DNA of 61,390 bases, filler included, from Platydemus manokwari (GCA_037951405.1; 6 parts of 6 records of this genome joined end to end with filler, not necessarily neighbours in it); one strand, 5' to 3'. Counted from the first letter of the whole stretch, positions 13,732 through 25,860 are shown. Notes: generated by a model not told the origin, from the sequence alone. Program-made: numbers and translations.

Positions 13732-15465
13732 ATGATTTATGAACCACAATGCCCCATTTGCTTTGAAGAACTTATGGAAGGCGAAGCAATTGTGATACCA
13801 AATTGTGAACATTTCTTTTGTAAAAGATGTGCGATCTACATCTCTTTCAAGGACGAAGTTGTTTGTCCAATTGATAAGAAAAGTGTTTCAGAAGTTTTTC
13901 ATTCGACGTTAAGTGATCAAATGGAAATGTTTCACTACCGTAAAAGTATTTTTGAATACCAACACTATGTGATAAAACATGAACAAAATCTCATAGAGAA
14001 ACTTACCCGTCAATATTGGTCTTCATCACTTCAGTTGTTTTATGAATTATTCTTGGACTATGAAATTCTTTTAAACAATATTCATAAAACCATGTCCAAA
14101 TGGACAACGAATAAGGATGGAATAATTGAAACCGATATTGAAATGGTTGATTCAAGTCCCAATGAAGATGAAAATTTTGAAGAAAATTTCAATAAAGATG
14201 AGATGTTTGATATTTTATACGGATATGTTTCTGAATTTGAGGATAAATATTCAAATCCTTTCTTCGTTCAAGTTCTAATATGGCGATCAATATGTAAAAA
14301 TTTTAAAAAGTTAATCAATGAAGCATATTTGGATATCAAATATCTATCTTATCAACATAAATTTCAAAATTTACTCCATAAAAACATATTAAACCAATTT
14401 CAATCTGATAACATATATATCAAGAAAATTCAATTATTTATTACTTCTCTTGTTATTTCTTTTGGAATTGATAATGAGTATTTGTTCATTGAGTTGGAAT
14501 CAAGCATAAAAAGAAACGAAACAAATAAATGTTTGATTTGCATTCAACTAATCGATAATTTAACTTATGCTAAATTTTCTCATTGTGATCACAAGTTATG
14601 TATAAATTGTATCGAAAGTTTCTTTATCACTCATGGAAAATGCCCATTTCATTGTGATCAAGTAATGAACTTAAATTTCTGTATAGATTATTCAAAGAAT
14701 TATAGAACAGAAAATGGTATTACTCTTATGTATATTAATGGAGAAAATGAAACAGTCATGGACTATTTGAATGAAAAGTTACCAATAATATCCAAGCATT
14801 TCTCAAATGGAATTATTGAATCCAACTCAACGAACATTAATAAAATAATGTCGTCGTCAATGCCTTTTCAAACGTTGATCAAAAAATTAAATACTTTTCC
14901 ACTAGAAATGAATTGGTTTTCAGTAATTGAGAAATCATTAAGTATCTCATATAAAGATTTAAGAAGTAGTTTTGATTTCTTCACAAATGAGAAAGGTCGT
15001 TCTGTTTTTCACGCAGTATATGATAATATAATGAATGAAAACTTTACCCTATTTTTGACCAAGTATTTTCAATCAGAAAATTCAAATCAACTGACTAAAG
15101 ATTTTCGTGGAAATATGGAAACACTACTTCTTGAAAAAAAAGATGTAGATAAACTATTTAACATTTGCCGCTGTTTGGAGGACAACTTGTGGGATGAAAT
15201 TTTCAATATTTATTACAACAACGAAAAAGATATCAATTCTTGGATATTGAAATTATTAAAAGATTTATTTGAACATTTAGAAAAGTTTCCATATCGATCA
15301 ATAGTCAGTAATGAATTTGATTTAAATCTGCTTGAATCATATAATTTATCAATAAAGAAATTACAAAAGTTTTTTACTGAAGAAAACTGTCAAAAAGTAA
15401 TGGAAAAATTGAAACGAAATAATTTAGAAAAAGAATTAGAAAATTTAAATATTGATTATGATTAG
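13732..15465 (+). CDS. intronless 577-aa protein with two RING-HC-type zinc fingers, probable E3 ubiquitin ligase
   Basis: 1734-nt open frame in very AT-rich DNA. RING1: CPIC...CEHFFCKRC...CPID (C3HC3D variant). RING2: CLIC...CDHKLCINC...CPFHC near aa 267-308. AATAAA at ~15618. Confidence 0.9.
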   Translation: MIYEPQCPICFEELMEGEAIVIPNCEHFFCKRCAIYISFKDEVVCPIDKKSVSEVFHSTLSDQMEMFHYRKSIFEYQHYVIKHEQNLIEKLTRQYWSSSLQLFYELFLDYEILLNNIHKTMSKWTTNKDGIIETDIEMVDSSPNEDENFEENFNKDEMFDILYGYVSEFEDKYSNPFFVQVLIWRSICKNFKKLINEAYLDIKYLSYQHKFQNLLHKNILNQFQSDNIYIKKIQLFITSLVISFGIDNEYLFIELESSIKRNETNKCLICIQLIDNLTYAKFSHCDHKLCINCIESFFITHGKCPFHCDQVMNLNFCIDYSKNYRTENGITLMYINGENETVMDYLNEKLPIISKHFSNGIIESNSTNINKIMSSSMPFQTLIKKLNTFPLEMNWFSVIEKSLSISYKDLRSSFDFFTNEKGRSVFHAVYDNIMNENFTLFLTKYFQSENSNQLTKDFRGNMETLLLEKKDVDKLFNICRCLEDNLWDEIFNIYYNNEKDINSWILKLLKDLFEHLEKFPYRSIVSNEFDLNLLESYNLSIKKLQKFFTEENCQKVMEKLKRNNLEKELENLNIDYD

Positions 15466-15669
15466 ATTGATAAAAATTATTTATTTCATTCAATTTTATA
15501 TAGGAAAATCAGTAAATATTTATCATTGAGTTCAAAAGTTTCCAGTCTATATTAGATAAACCTGTTGAATTTAGATTTATTTAAATATTTTTGAGTTTCG
15601 TGCAAAATCAATTATCAAATAAATAAATTATTAAATATAAAAGCTTGAATTTGTTGGATTATATGCTTG

Positions 15670-16099
15670 TGTTGGGTATTAATGTATTCGACGTGAAAAT
15701 TAAATTACCCAAAATTTTATAATCTTAATCACAACAACTACAATTAATCCTCTTTATAATCAACGATAGTTTATCAAGCAAAATGGGTTCAGCGCTCAAA
15801 AGTCAAAGCCAGAATAAAAAGTAACCAAAAAAACTGGTTTATGAAAATCACACAAAGTTAAGATTAATACGCAAGTTACCAACCAAAAACACTGACAGTT
15901 ACTCATGGAACTCAACCTCTTTTATAGACCTATTGGTGTGTCTGCCTGATGCCATGGGTCTTCGTTTTCCATTTGGTCAATTTGTTCGTAGATCGGTTTG
16001 CTTGAAATATGTGCGTATCGGATCAGTGTGTACCGACTCTTTTTAGGGTTATTTCTTGATTCCTGTAACCTTTTTGGTTTATTTGTAATCTACCCAACA
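15670..16099 (-). mobile_element. solo LTR (430 bp), Ty3/Gypsy-type, dispersed family copy 1
   Basis: TGTTGGGTA...TACCCAACA perfect 9-bp inverted ends and a perfect 4-bp TSD CTTG (15666-15669 / 16100-16103). TATAAAAGAG on the minus strand at ~15918-15927. Homologous to 16790-17162 and 42041-42502. Confidence 0.85.
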
Positions 16100-16789
16100 C
16101 TTGGGATTAATCTGCTCTAAAATATAAAAATTTGCACTAAAAATATTTAATATTATTTTAATGATTATTTCTGAATAACAACATATCGTTTTAAGCACAA
16201 AATTTCAGTCGAACACCAAGAGTTAGGTCTAAAAATGGACAAGTTTTTGAAACTAATTAGTGATATGGAAAATCCTTTTTTGTGATCTGGTTATTATAAA
16301 CTTTCATTAACACTTGAAACTATAATAAAAATAATATCTTAACCGATTTCTCCTTTTTTCTTTGAAATGACAAAAGTGAACGCTTATCCAAAACATAAAG
16401 TCAATCGGCACTTCATGTCCTTCCAATTTTTTTTGAAACTTTAAAATTAAAACTTATATTTATTAAAAAGTTAAATTTAAGTTAAGACGAAGAAGTTTTA
16501 TAAACTATTATCTTTTCTGGAATTCAATATGGCTTAAGTCACCGAAATTATAAAATTGCATGAAATGAATGCAGCGTTATTTGTACATTTTTTATTTAAA
16601 AATATTTTTAGTAGTTAAATTCGATTTTTACTTAGCTTTAGTGCTAGATAATAGTAATAATAATTTCTTATTTAAGTAGCAGCGATAATATTTTTTGGCT
16701 AACAATTTGCAAATTTCAGAAAAGATTATCCCTATATTTCTCCCTTACGGTTTCGGAGACGAACCTTTGCTAAGAGTTTGCTAAAAGCA

Positions 16790-17162
16790 TGCTCATATAT
16801 CCGCCAATGGTACGATGGATGTAAGGAATATCTGAAGCACATCGATCCATAAACAAATTTAGCAAATGGAAAACGAAGACTCTCGACATCGGGCAGACAC
16901 ACCCGATGGATCTATAAAAGAGATTGAATTCAACGGATATCTGCTAGTCATTTTTGGTCAGTAACTTCAGTGCTTAGCTTATGTATGATTTTAATGATCA
17001 GTCTATATGATTACTTTTCATTCTGTTTTTGACTTTCGTGATCTGATCCGATCTTGAGTGATTTACCTTGTGAATTGTGAAAAGATTTGCTGTTGAGACT
17101 TTGATTATAATATTTTAGTTAATACAATATTCAGATCTAAATTGTTAATTGATAACCCAACA
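16790..17162 (+). mobile_element. LTR family copy 2 (5' end eroded), inverted relative to copy 1
   Basis: CAAATGGAAAACGAAGAC..CATC.GGCAGACACACC..TCTATAAAAGAG matches the revcomp of ~15918-16010. Ends ACCCAACA. Confidence 0.8.
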
Positions 17163-20100
17163 GAATAATTATCACTAAATTAGTTCGGAACCCCAAAAAA
17201 TAATATATGAATATTATCGACAAGGAACAATTGATTTTACAAAAGCAAAGGTGATGCAAAGTTGAGTGTTACAATTCAGATCCTTCAGATAAAAATTTAA
17301 CGTGTATACAGACAGCATTGTGGATGAAAATGAACGTGGGGAAAATTAGATATGAGTCGGCTATCTATTTAATCAAACCGTGGAGCTATGGAAATAGATG
17401 TGAATTCAACAAAAAAGAAAATAAAATTAACTAATCATTCAATCATTATTGGGTTGTCTCATAGATATTTTAAAATATAATTTTCTGATGAAATTTGCCT
17501 TTAAAAACAAATGTCTTTGCGAATCAGATAAATAAGTTGTAAACAATTTTCATACTTTTGTCACTTGGAGTATGTAATTAATCTGAAGTAAAAATAATTA
17601 CAAAATATTCTAAAATAGAAATCTAATGAGATGCTTAAATTAAATAATTAAAACGGTAGATAAATTTAGAATTAAATAGACCTAATTATAACCCAAGCTT
17701 AGGTAAAATAAACAAGTAAACAATGAAAATTTGATTTATGAAACATAGATTAAAATCATTGATTGGCTAGAGTATGTCACTATTAAAATTGCAGAAATAT
17801 ATGCTAAATTCGTCAAGAAATAAAGTGGATTTGATTTTTGAGAATTTTGTTTAGTAATTATTAAGTGATCGTAATTCATTCCTTTTTCGGTAAATTATTG
17901 TGTTTTTGTTTCAGACGTTCATTGGAACTAATCGAGGAATATTATGACTTAATTCAAAGTACCAAGATTAATTATTAATTCCAACTCACAACTCACTTGT
18001 GCTTAAAACAGCAATAGAATAAATCGTCATTGAAGGCAAAAAACAATATTTTATATCCGTTAAAATCTCAACTGAATTTATTTATGTATAATTTACATAA
18101 ATTAGTTTGACAGAAGCTACTATTTAATAAATTAAAAACACAATTTTTAAAAGAAACTTTAGCATGCAAAAATCTAAGGTTTTTATTTATAATTATATCA
18201 AATTAAAATGTTAATCAAAATTAAAATTTATAAGTTTATAAAAAATAAATACTAATTAAAATTAACCTTCAAGGAGAACATCTTTAGGAAATCAACAAAA
18301 TTTCTATTAAGGAAATTTAAAGAGAAATTTTAGTAAAAATTTAGCAAAATTAGCAAAAACATGGAATGAAATATTTCGTGATCAAGTGCTTATTTCTTCA
18401 ATGAAATAATAAAACAAGATAAGCAGTTCTAGAATAAAAATAAATTAAATTAAAACAAGCGATTAACATGTAACTCAAAAACAATATTTTTTTTGGGTTT
18501 TTGTGGTTTTTTTTATAATAATAATTATTATTATTAGTAGTAGTAGTAGCAATAGTATAATTATTACTATAGTTATAATTATCTTGTAAGTTCGATCTGT
18601 TGCTTGAAGTGCGATGCCAGCTTAACAGAATAAAATGCTAAGTTTTTATCAGTTTCTATTACTTTGTTGAAATTTGATTTTTTTGATTCAATTAAATTTT
18701 TAAAAATAGGACACAACGAACTATGTCATTTTTATCTATTGAATACTAAATCATTTTTAGTAGACAATTTTGCAATTCAAAACACAGAATTTTACTTTTC
18801 TTCTGTGATTACCCTTTAATTTAATTAAAAGAAGTAATGTTCAACCATATGATTACTTCAAAAAATTAAAACGAATTAAGTTGTCACCTTGGCATGATTC
18901 AGATAACGAAACACCTTTACGATGATATTAAGGTTAATAAAAAATAAATTTAAAAATGTTTGCTCAACAGTCACCTCTTACCGAATAAGTTAAAACTTGG
19001 TAGTTATATTAATTAAGTTGTTATTGTGTAGTTTATTCTAGTTTTTGGTTTTAAATACTTGAATAACATGTATACAAACACAAATATTGAAAAAACTAAT
19101 ACTGAAATCTAAAGGTTTGATGTTAAGATTGACTTTAATGTTGATTTGAGGTTAGATAAGATTGATAGTGAAATCTCTGAATTAACATTATCGTAAATAA
19201 TTCTAGCAATATGCAGATGATCTTTTTCGATGTTGTTTATTTTTGATTTCATCTATATCAGTCTCAGAATATAATTATTTCCTATTGTCTGCAGATCAAT
19301 GTTGTTTTATCAGTCTCTCGAAGATCTAAGTAAGCCCAAGGTACAATTCTAAACCTAACTTGTTTTCCTTTGTATATGAGGCAACATTGATCTGTATATA
19401 TCCTAAGCATATCAGTTTCAATCTATTTAATAACATTTTCCTATATTATTTATTATTAGCACTTCAAAGCAGTAAACATGTAGTTAGAAGCACCAAATGC
19501 TTATTACAATAACAATTATTACAACAATGAAATAAAAATTACAAATTAAGTTGATTTTAAAACTACTGTATACACTTAGACACTTAAATGACTTTCCTTA
19601 CTAAATTCCGGATAAAGAACGGTAAACTTACTCCTATTTGTGCAGCAGAACCAATTACCTGAACAGGATTTTTTGAGACAAAGTTCTGTAATATGGCAAT
19701 AGACGATAAGTACTATAATATCAATTAGTATTTTAAAAGAACAATCTAGCCCACGTTGATTTGAAATTATGGCTTCTGCAAAAAGTATCTGTCGAGCAAA
19801 TGAATGAACGTCGAATACGCAATCCTAGTGGTTTCCAGAAATTATTTGGGCCATGTTTATGAGGTTTTACCCTCTATGTACACTTCCCATGATTGAGCTT
19901 GTAAGATCTCTCAATAAATTTTATTTTGTAACATTAAGAATTACCTCATCATGGATTTGGTTCTACTTTAAGTGCTCATTTATTTTTCCATAAAACACGT
20001 CATAAAAATATTCGGAAATGATTGCAATTTAATGATTATTATCATCAAATCAGTTTGATAATTAATATTATATTATTACATAATATCATATATAATATGT

Positions 20101-20343
20101 TTTATCCCGCTCTTCAACTAATAATGATTAACTATTTATAATTATAATTTTTCTTATTCATTAAATATGGATCCAGAAATTTGTCAAGGTAAAATTGTTT
20201 AATGAAAATTATTTATAATTTATTGTTGCATTTTCACAATCACCCATGCAATAAAAATTAAATTGATACTTTTACCAGGTTGAGTCAAAAGTTATTCATG
20301 TTTTTATGCAGGTATTTTATTAACACAAATTGTTATAACGCTG

Positions 20344-20443
20344 NNNNNNNNNNNNNNNNNNNNNNNNNNNNNNNNNNNNNNNNNNNNTTAATTAATTAAN
20401 NNNNNNNNNNNNNNNNNNNNNNNNNNNNNNNNNNNNNNNNNNN
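20344..20443. other. artificial contig linker/gap
   Basis: 44 N + TTAATTAATTAA + 44 N. Confidence 0.97.
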
Positions 20444-23400
20444 CAATAATTAAAGACCTGAATTAACTGTTTAAAAAAATTTGTCTTATAATAATTGTTT
20501 TTAGCACCAATTGATTCATTTAATAATTTTTTGTCTTCTGTGCAACTACTTTTGTTATTGAAAAACCCAATTATCTCATTATGTCACTTGACTTGACGAT
20601 TTTAAATGTTTTATGTTCTATTGGTTGTGATTTTATGATGATCATCTCGAGTTACATGAGTCAAATTTCACAAAGGTTGTGCTTTATTAATTTTATAATT
20701 TTTAAAATATAAATCAGAATATTCAATTACATTTGAGCACAACATATATAAATAATTAAGAAATGCATATTAATGAAAATGTGTTCATTAATCTAAATCA
20801 CAATAATTGATTTTAACTTATTAAAGGCACTATGATAGATTGAAGTGTTATTCACACATTTCTGTAAAGTATTTAAGTATTCCTATTACTTGCAATGAAA
20901 CACCAACGACAAAAATCTTGAATTGGATTCTTATGAATTTCATTAAAATAACACAAATAAGGAAATCTCCGTGAATTAGGCAAATGTCAAAGATTTACTC
21001 ATCACTTTTGTTTAAAGGATTCAAATAATTCTTCTTGGCAATAATTGTCTTTTGTGTTATTGTGTACTTAACTGGTATTTTTATACAATCACAGTTTTTG
21101 TCGCAAATAAACTCAAGGCTGTAAATTCATTTCCCTATTTCGGTACGATTGGTAAAGTTTTATACCGCCCTTTGAAGTTGAGTCAATACACCAACATACT
21201 CGAATATTTGTCGGGATTTTTGAAATATTTCTGTATTCGTTCTTTTTATTGTTAATAAAATATTGTCAATCTACTCTATTCACTTCTCATGACGTCAAGC
21301 TTCTTTTTTAATTTTTTATTTCATGTCATGACAAAGCATAATTAATTTTTTGAATTATCATTTCCATCTCTTATTTCTTTTTTTATTGTCTTTTTGATTT
21401 TTTGTTTATTATTATTTATATTTTTTCGTCAATTGTCACTTGGGCTTCACACACAACGGTTAATCAAAAGATTTGTATTTATGATGTAAAAGTGAAATGA
21501 TATGGAAATAAAAAGATGTGGAATGTATCAAAAATAACTCGAAAATATAGTCTGAAACCTCAAAAATAGAACTTAAAAGGCATTCATAGCACAGGCAATG
21601 CACACTGTTCAAGTAGCAAATTAGAGGCTTCTAAATCAACAATCTCTTACTGGGCTTTATCTGTCAATCAGGGAATGACAACAAACAAGAAAGTACAACG
21701 AAGAAATACCTCTAATAAAACCTTTAAGTTGGATTTCTGGATCCTGAAAAAGTTAAAATCACAAATAATTAACATAATATAACGACACACTAGTCCTTTA
21801 TGGTCTGTAACCTTTTATGGCTTCTTCTTTTTGGTGCTGTGATCTTGAAATTTGTTTCTTATTTTTATTTCTTGAATCAATCGACTCCTGAACTAGAGCT
21901 TGGTGTGACGATATTTTATTGATGGCAAATTTTGGTTATCGGTTTTGATTAATTCCATCACTTCACATTTTAATTAATTGGATATCTATCAAGGAATACT
22001 AATGGTAGAAATAATTAATAATAATTAGAAATTATTGATTGTAACCCTTTTCAGCAATTTTAGATAAAACTGTTCAGTGATTTTATCAAGTTTATCATGA
22101 TCACCATGCATTCTAAAAATATTTTCCAGTGATGATCACAAATACAATATTCAAGACAATCATTACAATGATCAATTGAACCAGAGATTTTAGGAAGATC
22201 AAGATCAAAATAAGTTTTTAAAATTATTTTTAGTAAATGAATCACCTTTTTAGCTAGTTTGTGCGAAAATCTTTGTGATTAAATGAGAAAAATATTTTAT
22301 ACCCTTTTAGTGCATGATAACAACTTCATAAAATTTGATAGTCATTTTAATCAATCAATAACCATAATTAAGATTATAAAATAGCAAATATATATTGATT
22401 AATTTTATCTGAGTTTCAATTATACAATAAACTGAGTAACTTTGTAGCTTTAAAAACCGTGGTAATACGCTATTAATATGACAGCAATTAATTTAACTCG
22501 AAATTCCATTATTTACCAATATACATACAGTGGAGTGGTGAAATCACATTTCACTGAGGCATTAATAGACAATTAATTGTCAGAACATAGCTCAATGTAA
22601 ATCAATACTACAACAAATTTTGTTTCAGCTATTTTAGATTTACAAAATTATGATCATTTAACTAATTTAAAATACCAGACACACTCACTAAATTATCGAT
22701 TTCACATATCTTTTTTAATACCATAGAAAATTAAAACGAAATTAGTTTTACATTTTAGATGTTAGAATCTGTTTACATTACTGATAATTCGAAATGGCTG
22801 TTAAGGTTTGTAATCCAATATATTCATTACACAAATCACCTTCTATTATTTCATTATTATCTTCACATATCTAATGAAACATTGTCAAAGTTAAATACAT
22901 TTTCACATGATCTTTGTCTCAATTCATTCATCACAATTCACGAATATTTCAAGAATCGAAGTCGTCAATAAACTATATAAATCAATTAATTTAAATAATT
23001 ATCTAGTCATATAGAATAAGAGTTTTATTTTATATTTAAAAATGTTTATTATTAGTAATCAAATGATATTAAGTACGATGGTACCCAAGATATAAATAAG
23101 TTATAGGAACAGACTTCTGTCGAATCATTAAAAAGAATTCAATAAAAAATTCTCAACAATGAATAGCAATTGCATTTAATTAAAAGCGTTCATTTGAAAA
23201 TTATTAAAACTGCTATGTTGTTGGTAATGTTTATTCACTCTGTGATTTTTTATAGCCCAACGTTTGAGTTCGATATTATGTTCGAATTTAAGTTATTTGT
23301 CAATAAGAGAAAACAACACAGTTTAAGTGTTTTGAGACAATTGACGTTTTTAAACGACAATAACCCGATAATAATCGTGTGTGGCAATGAACGATATTTT

Positions 23401-23981
23401 ATTAAGTTTATAAAAAAATTTGTTGCATGGAAAAATAATTATGAGCATTTTAATGTAAATTCAGAAGCTTTAGACCAACAGAAATAAAATATTATGTAAA
23501 TTAAACCACAAATAATAACCCTTATAATTAATGCAGACCCGGCATTAATAACACCCATTAAGTATTAACAAAACCTGGCATTAATATTAACAAATTAAAC
23601 CCCTTATATTTACTGTATAATAAATTCATCCATTAAAACAATATCCTTATTGAATTTATTAGTTATCGCGCATAATAAATTCTAGTTGTAGATAAAATAA
23701 TGGAACAGAATAAATTGTCGTACACAGTAAATAAAATAATCAGCCAGGATAAAATAAATAACGATCCATTTGGTATTTCTTTGATATATAGTAGAATTAA
23801 TTCCAGAAAAATTCTTTATGACGCAATAAATTATAATGTAATAAACACATATAAGCACTGTATCAAATAAATATTCGTAAGGAATATCTACGAATGATTC
23901 ACCTTTGATTTTACATGAGGAAAACCAGAAGGTAACATACAGTCTACAAGGTCATTCTCTGCTGGGAATTAGGATTAGGAT

Positions 23982-24320
23982 ATGCTCAGAACCAACAGTA
24001 AGAACTTACCGGATGTGGAACCGAGGAAAACCACTGGAGACCCTGGGGCTCTTACGAGTCCCATGCGTTCAATGGTGTGTAATGAACTTACTAAATGTTC
24101 AGTAGTTATAAAAAATCATTTTAATGTTTCCAAGAGTTTGAGAGGTCACTTTCGCTGTTATGATAACTCCCATATTGATTCAGTTAGGTCTACGAATGAG
24201 AAAAATGGCACTCTGCTGGTCCACCTACCTTGCAGCTTAGGGGTCGACATGCGAATACTTGCTGTCACGAAAATGAGCAAGTGGGATCTTTGGGAGCAAT
24301 GCATGGATGGAAACTGGTAA
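23982..24320 (+). CDS. hypothetical 112-aa protein, first ORF of a compact cassette
   Basis: ATG-initiated ORF in a locally GC-elevated patch, ending in stacked TAA codons just before the TATA box of the next ORF. No recognisable domain. Confidence 0.35.
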   Translation: MLRTNSKNLPDVEPRKTTGDPGALTSPMRSMVCNELTKCSVVIKNHFNVSKSLRGHFRCYDNSHIDSVRSTNEKNGTLLVHLPCSLGVDMRILAVTKMSKWDLWEQCMDGNW

Positions 24321-24330
24321 TAATAATCAT

Positions 24331-24356
24331 TATATAAGTACAAACCCGGCACTAAT
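24331..24356 (+). promoter_or_regulatory. TATA box plus repeated CCCGGCACTAAT motif directly before the Cys-rich ORF
   Basis: TATATAAG at 24331-24338 and the motif at 24345-24356 (also at 23538 and 23574). ATG at 24365. Confidence 0.45.
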
Positions 24357-24364
24357 CCTCCGAG

Positions 24365-25069
24365 ATGATCATTCCTACAAAGAAACTAGAGATGACACTG
24401 ATTCCCACCAGGTGCTCCAGGGGTAGTTGTAGGGGAATGGCAGAGAATTTAGATAATAGTTTTTATTTTGAATTTATACCTAATATTTCTTATAAATTTT
24501 GTGGAGAATGTTTGTACTTAATTAATTTACTTATGATTAACTTTGCGTTTATTTTTTGTAATTGCAATAAAATAGATCTCTGCAAATTTATTGATTTTTC
24601 CTTATCTGTAAATTGTAATTCAAATAAATGTTTTAGCAATAAATACAACAGTAACCATATGTATAATAACAATAAAATTTTTATTGACAATATATTAAAT
24701 TCATGTCGTGTAAAACAGGGGCAGTTATGTCCTTGTGGATTGGTTATTAAAAAGACAAACATCTCTAACTATCTATTATATGATATTTGTGGTTCATGCT
24801 TTTATGACCACATAAATTGCGCTCCTTCAGATGTCTGTTGTCATGGTAATAACCATAGCAACTCTATTATACAATTAATTAGTATTTGTAATTATAATAA
24901 ATCCTGCATTAATTATTTAATTAATATGAATGCATGGACTTCGGATGATGAGAGTGTGTATAATAAATTTAGATATCATCCGAAACCTTCACCCACTAGC
25001 AAGAATGTAATAGAGGGACAGAAGTGGATGAAGAATAAAATATCTAAGTGTGCAGACCCCCATTTGTGA
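24365..25069 (+). CDS. hypothetical Cys-rich (20 Cys) 234-aa protein, possibly zinc-binding; viral or mobile-element accessory-like
   Basis: 705-nt uninterrupted frame in AT-rich DNA with CxxC pairs (FCGEC, ICGSC), CxC and CPC. TATA upstream and two AATAAA signals (~25117, ~25173) downstream. Confidence 0.55.
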   Translation: MIIPTKKLEMTLIPTRCSRGSCRGMAENLDNSFYFEFIPNISYKFCGECLYLINLLMINFAFIFCNCNKIDLCKFIDFSLSVNCNSNKCFSNKYNSNHMYNNNKIFIDNILNSCRVKQGQLCPCGLVIKKTNISNYLLYDICGSCFYDHINCAPSDVCCHGNNHSNSIIQLISICNYNKSCINYLINMNAWTSDDESVYNKFRYHPKPSPTSKNVIEGQKWMKNKISKCADPHL

Positions 25070-25629
25070 ATATACCTCTGGGAATATTTTTATTTATATG
25101 CCTGATTATGATTGGCAATAAAAGCACTCTGGGAAAGATTTTAATTTTTTTTAAAATGTTTAATTTGTTGGCAATAAAATCGTATAAATGAATTCTTCTG
25201 TTGAATCTCCAACTTTAAACGAGGTAGTTACTACTGATTATTATTGATTAGTTTGATATGGTTTAAGAATATTTTATTTTGTCAAAATTAAACATGTTAA
25301 TCGATATAATTATTTGGTTGAGGTTGTTGTCTGAGTATTCAGCTGAACATACATGCATATAGAATTTATAAAAATTAATATTTTCTACTGATGTCACATA
25401 TGGCGTAGTCTAAAATTAGATTTCCTATATTTTAAAGTTTTATGCTTGTAAGATTTAGTTTTCTGCTTCCTGGAATGGCGAAGATGATTATCTAAATGCT
25501 TTATCGCTTTGATAATAATGTTTTGAAAATTTTGTAATTTTACTAAAATAAGTTTTATTTTGAATAAGGTAATTTTAAAATATTTTACATTCTCTCGTTA
25601 AAAATCAAGCAATTAGTCTGAAAAGTTAA

Positions 25630-25860
25630 ATCTTTTATTGATATTGCACCGAAAACTTAATCCATGAAAAATCACAATTTACAACACTCCTTAAATACCA
25701 ATAAATTATCAGAAATATCAAGCTGATTATTTACTAAAAATAATAGCAGATCCATATTTATATTGGTGTGTCTGTGTGTGACCTATGTTTCAGTTAATGA
25801 TTGAGGTGATTGTGACGTGTTTACGGTCCAGATTTTTGATTGGCTATACAAGATTAAATA
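25630..25860 (-). mobile_element. highly diverged remnant related to the dispersed LTR family
   Basis: TATTGGTGTGTCTG is shared with copy 1, and GCACCGAAAA resembles the revcomp of the family CTTTCGGGTGC motif. No termini found. Confidence 0.3.

Noticed and set aside
19600-19915. Minus-strand exon ending VQVIGSAAQIG|GTAAGT
   Set aside because: No clear acceptor, upstream frames are interrupted, and I recognise no homology.
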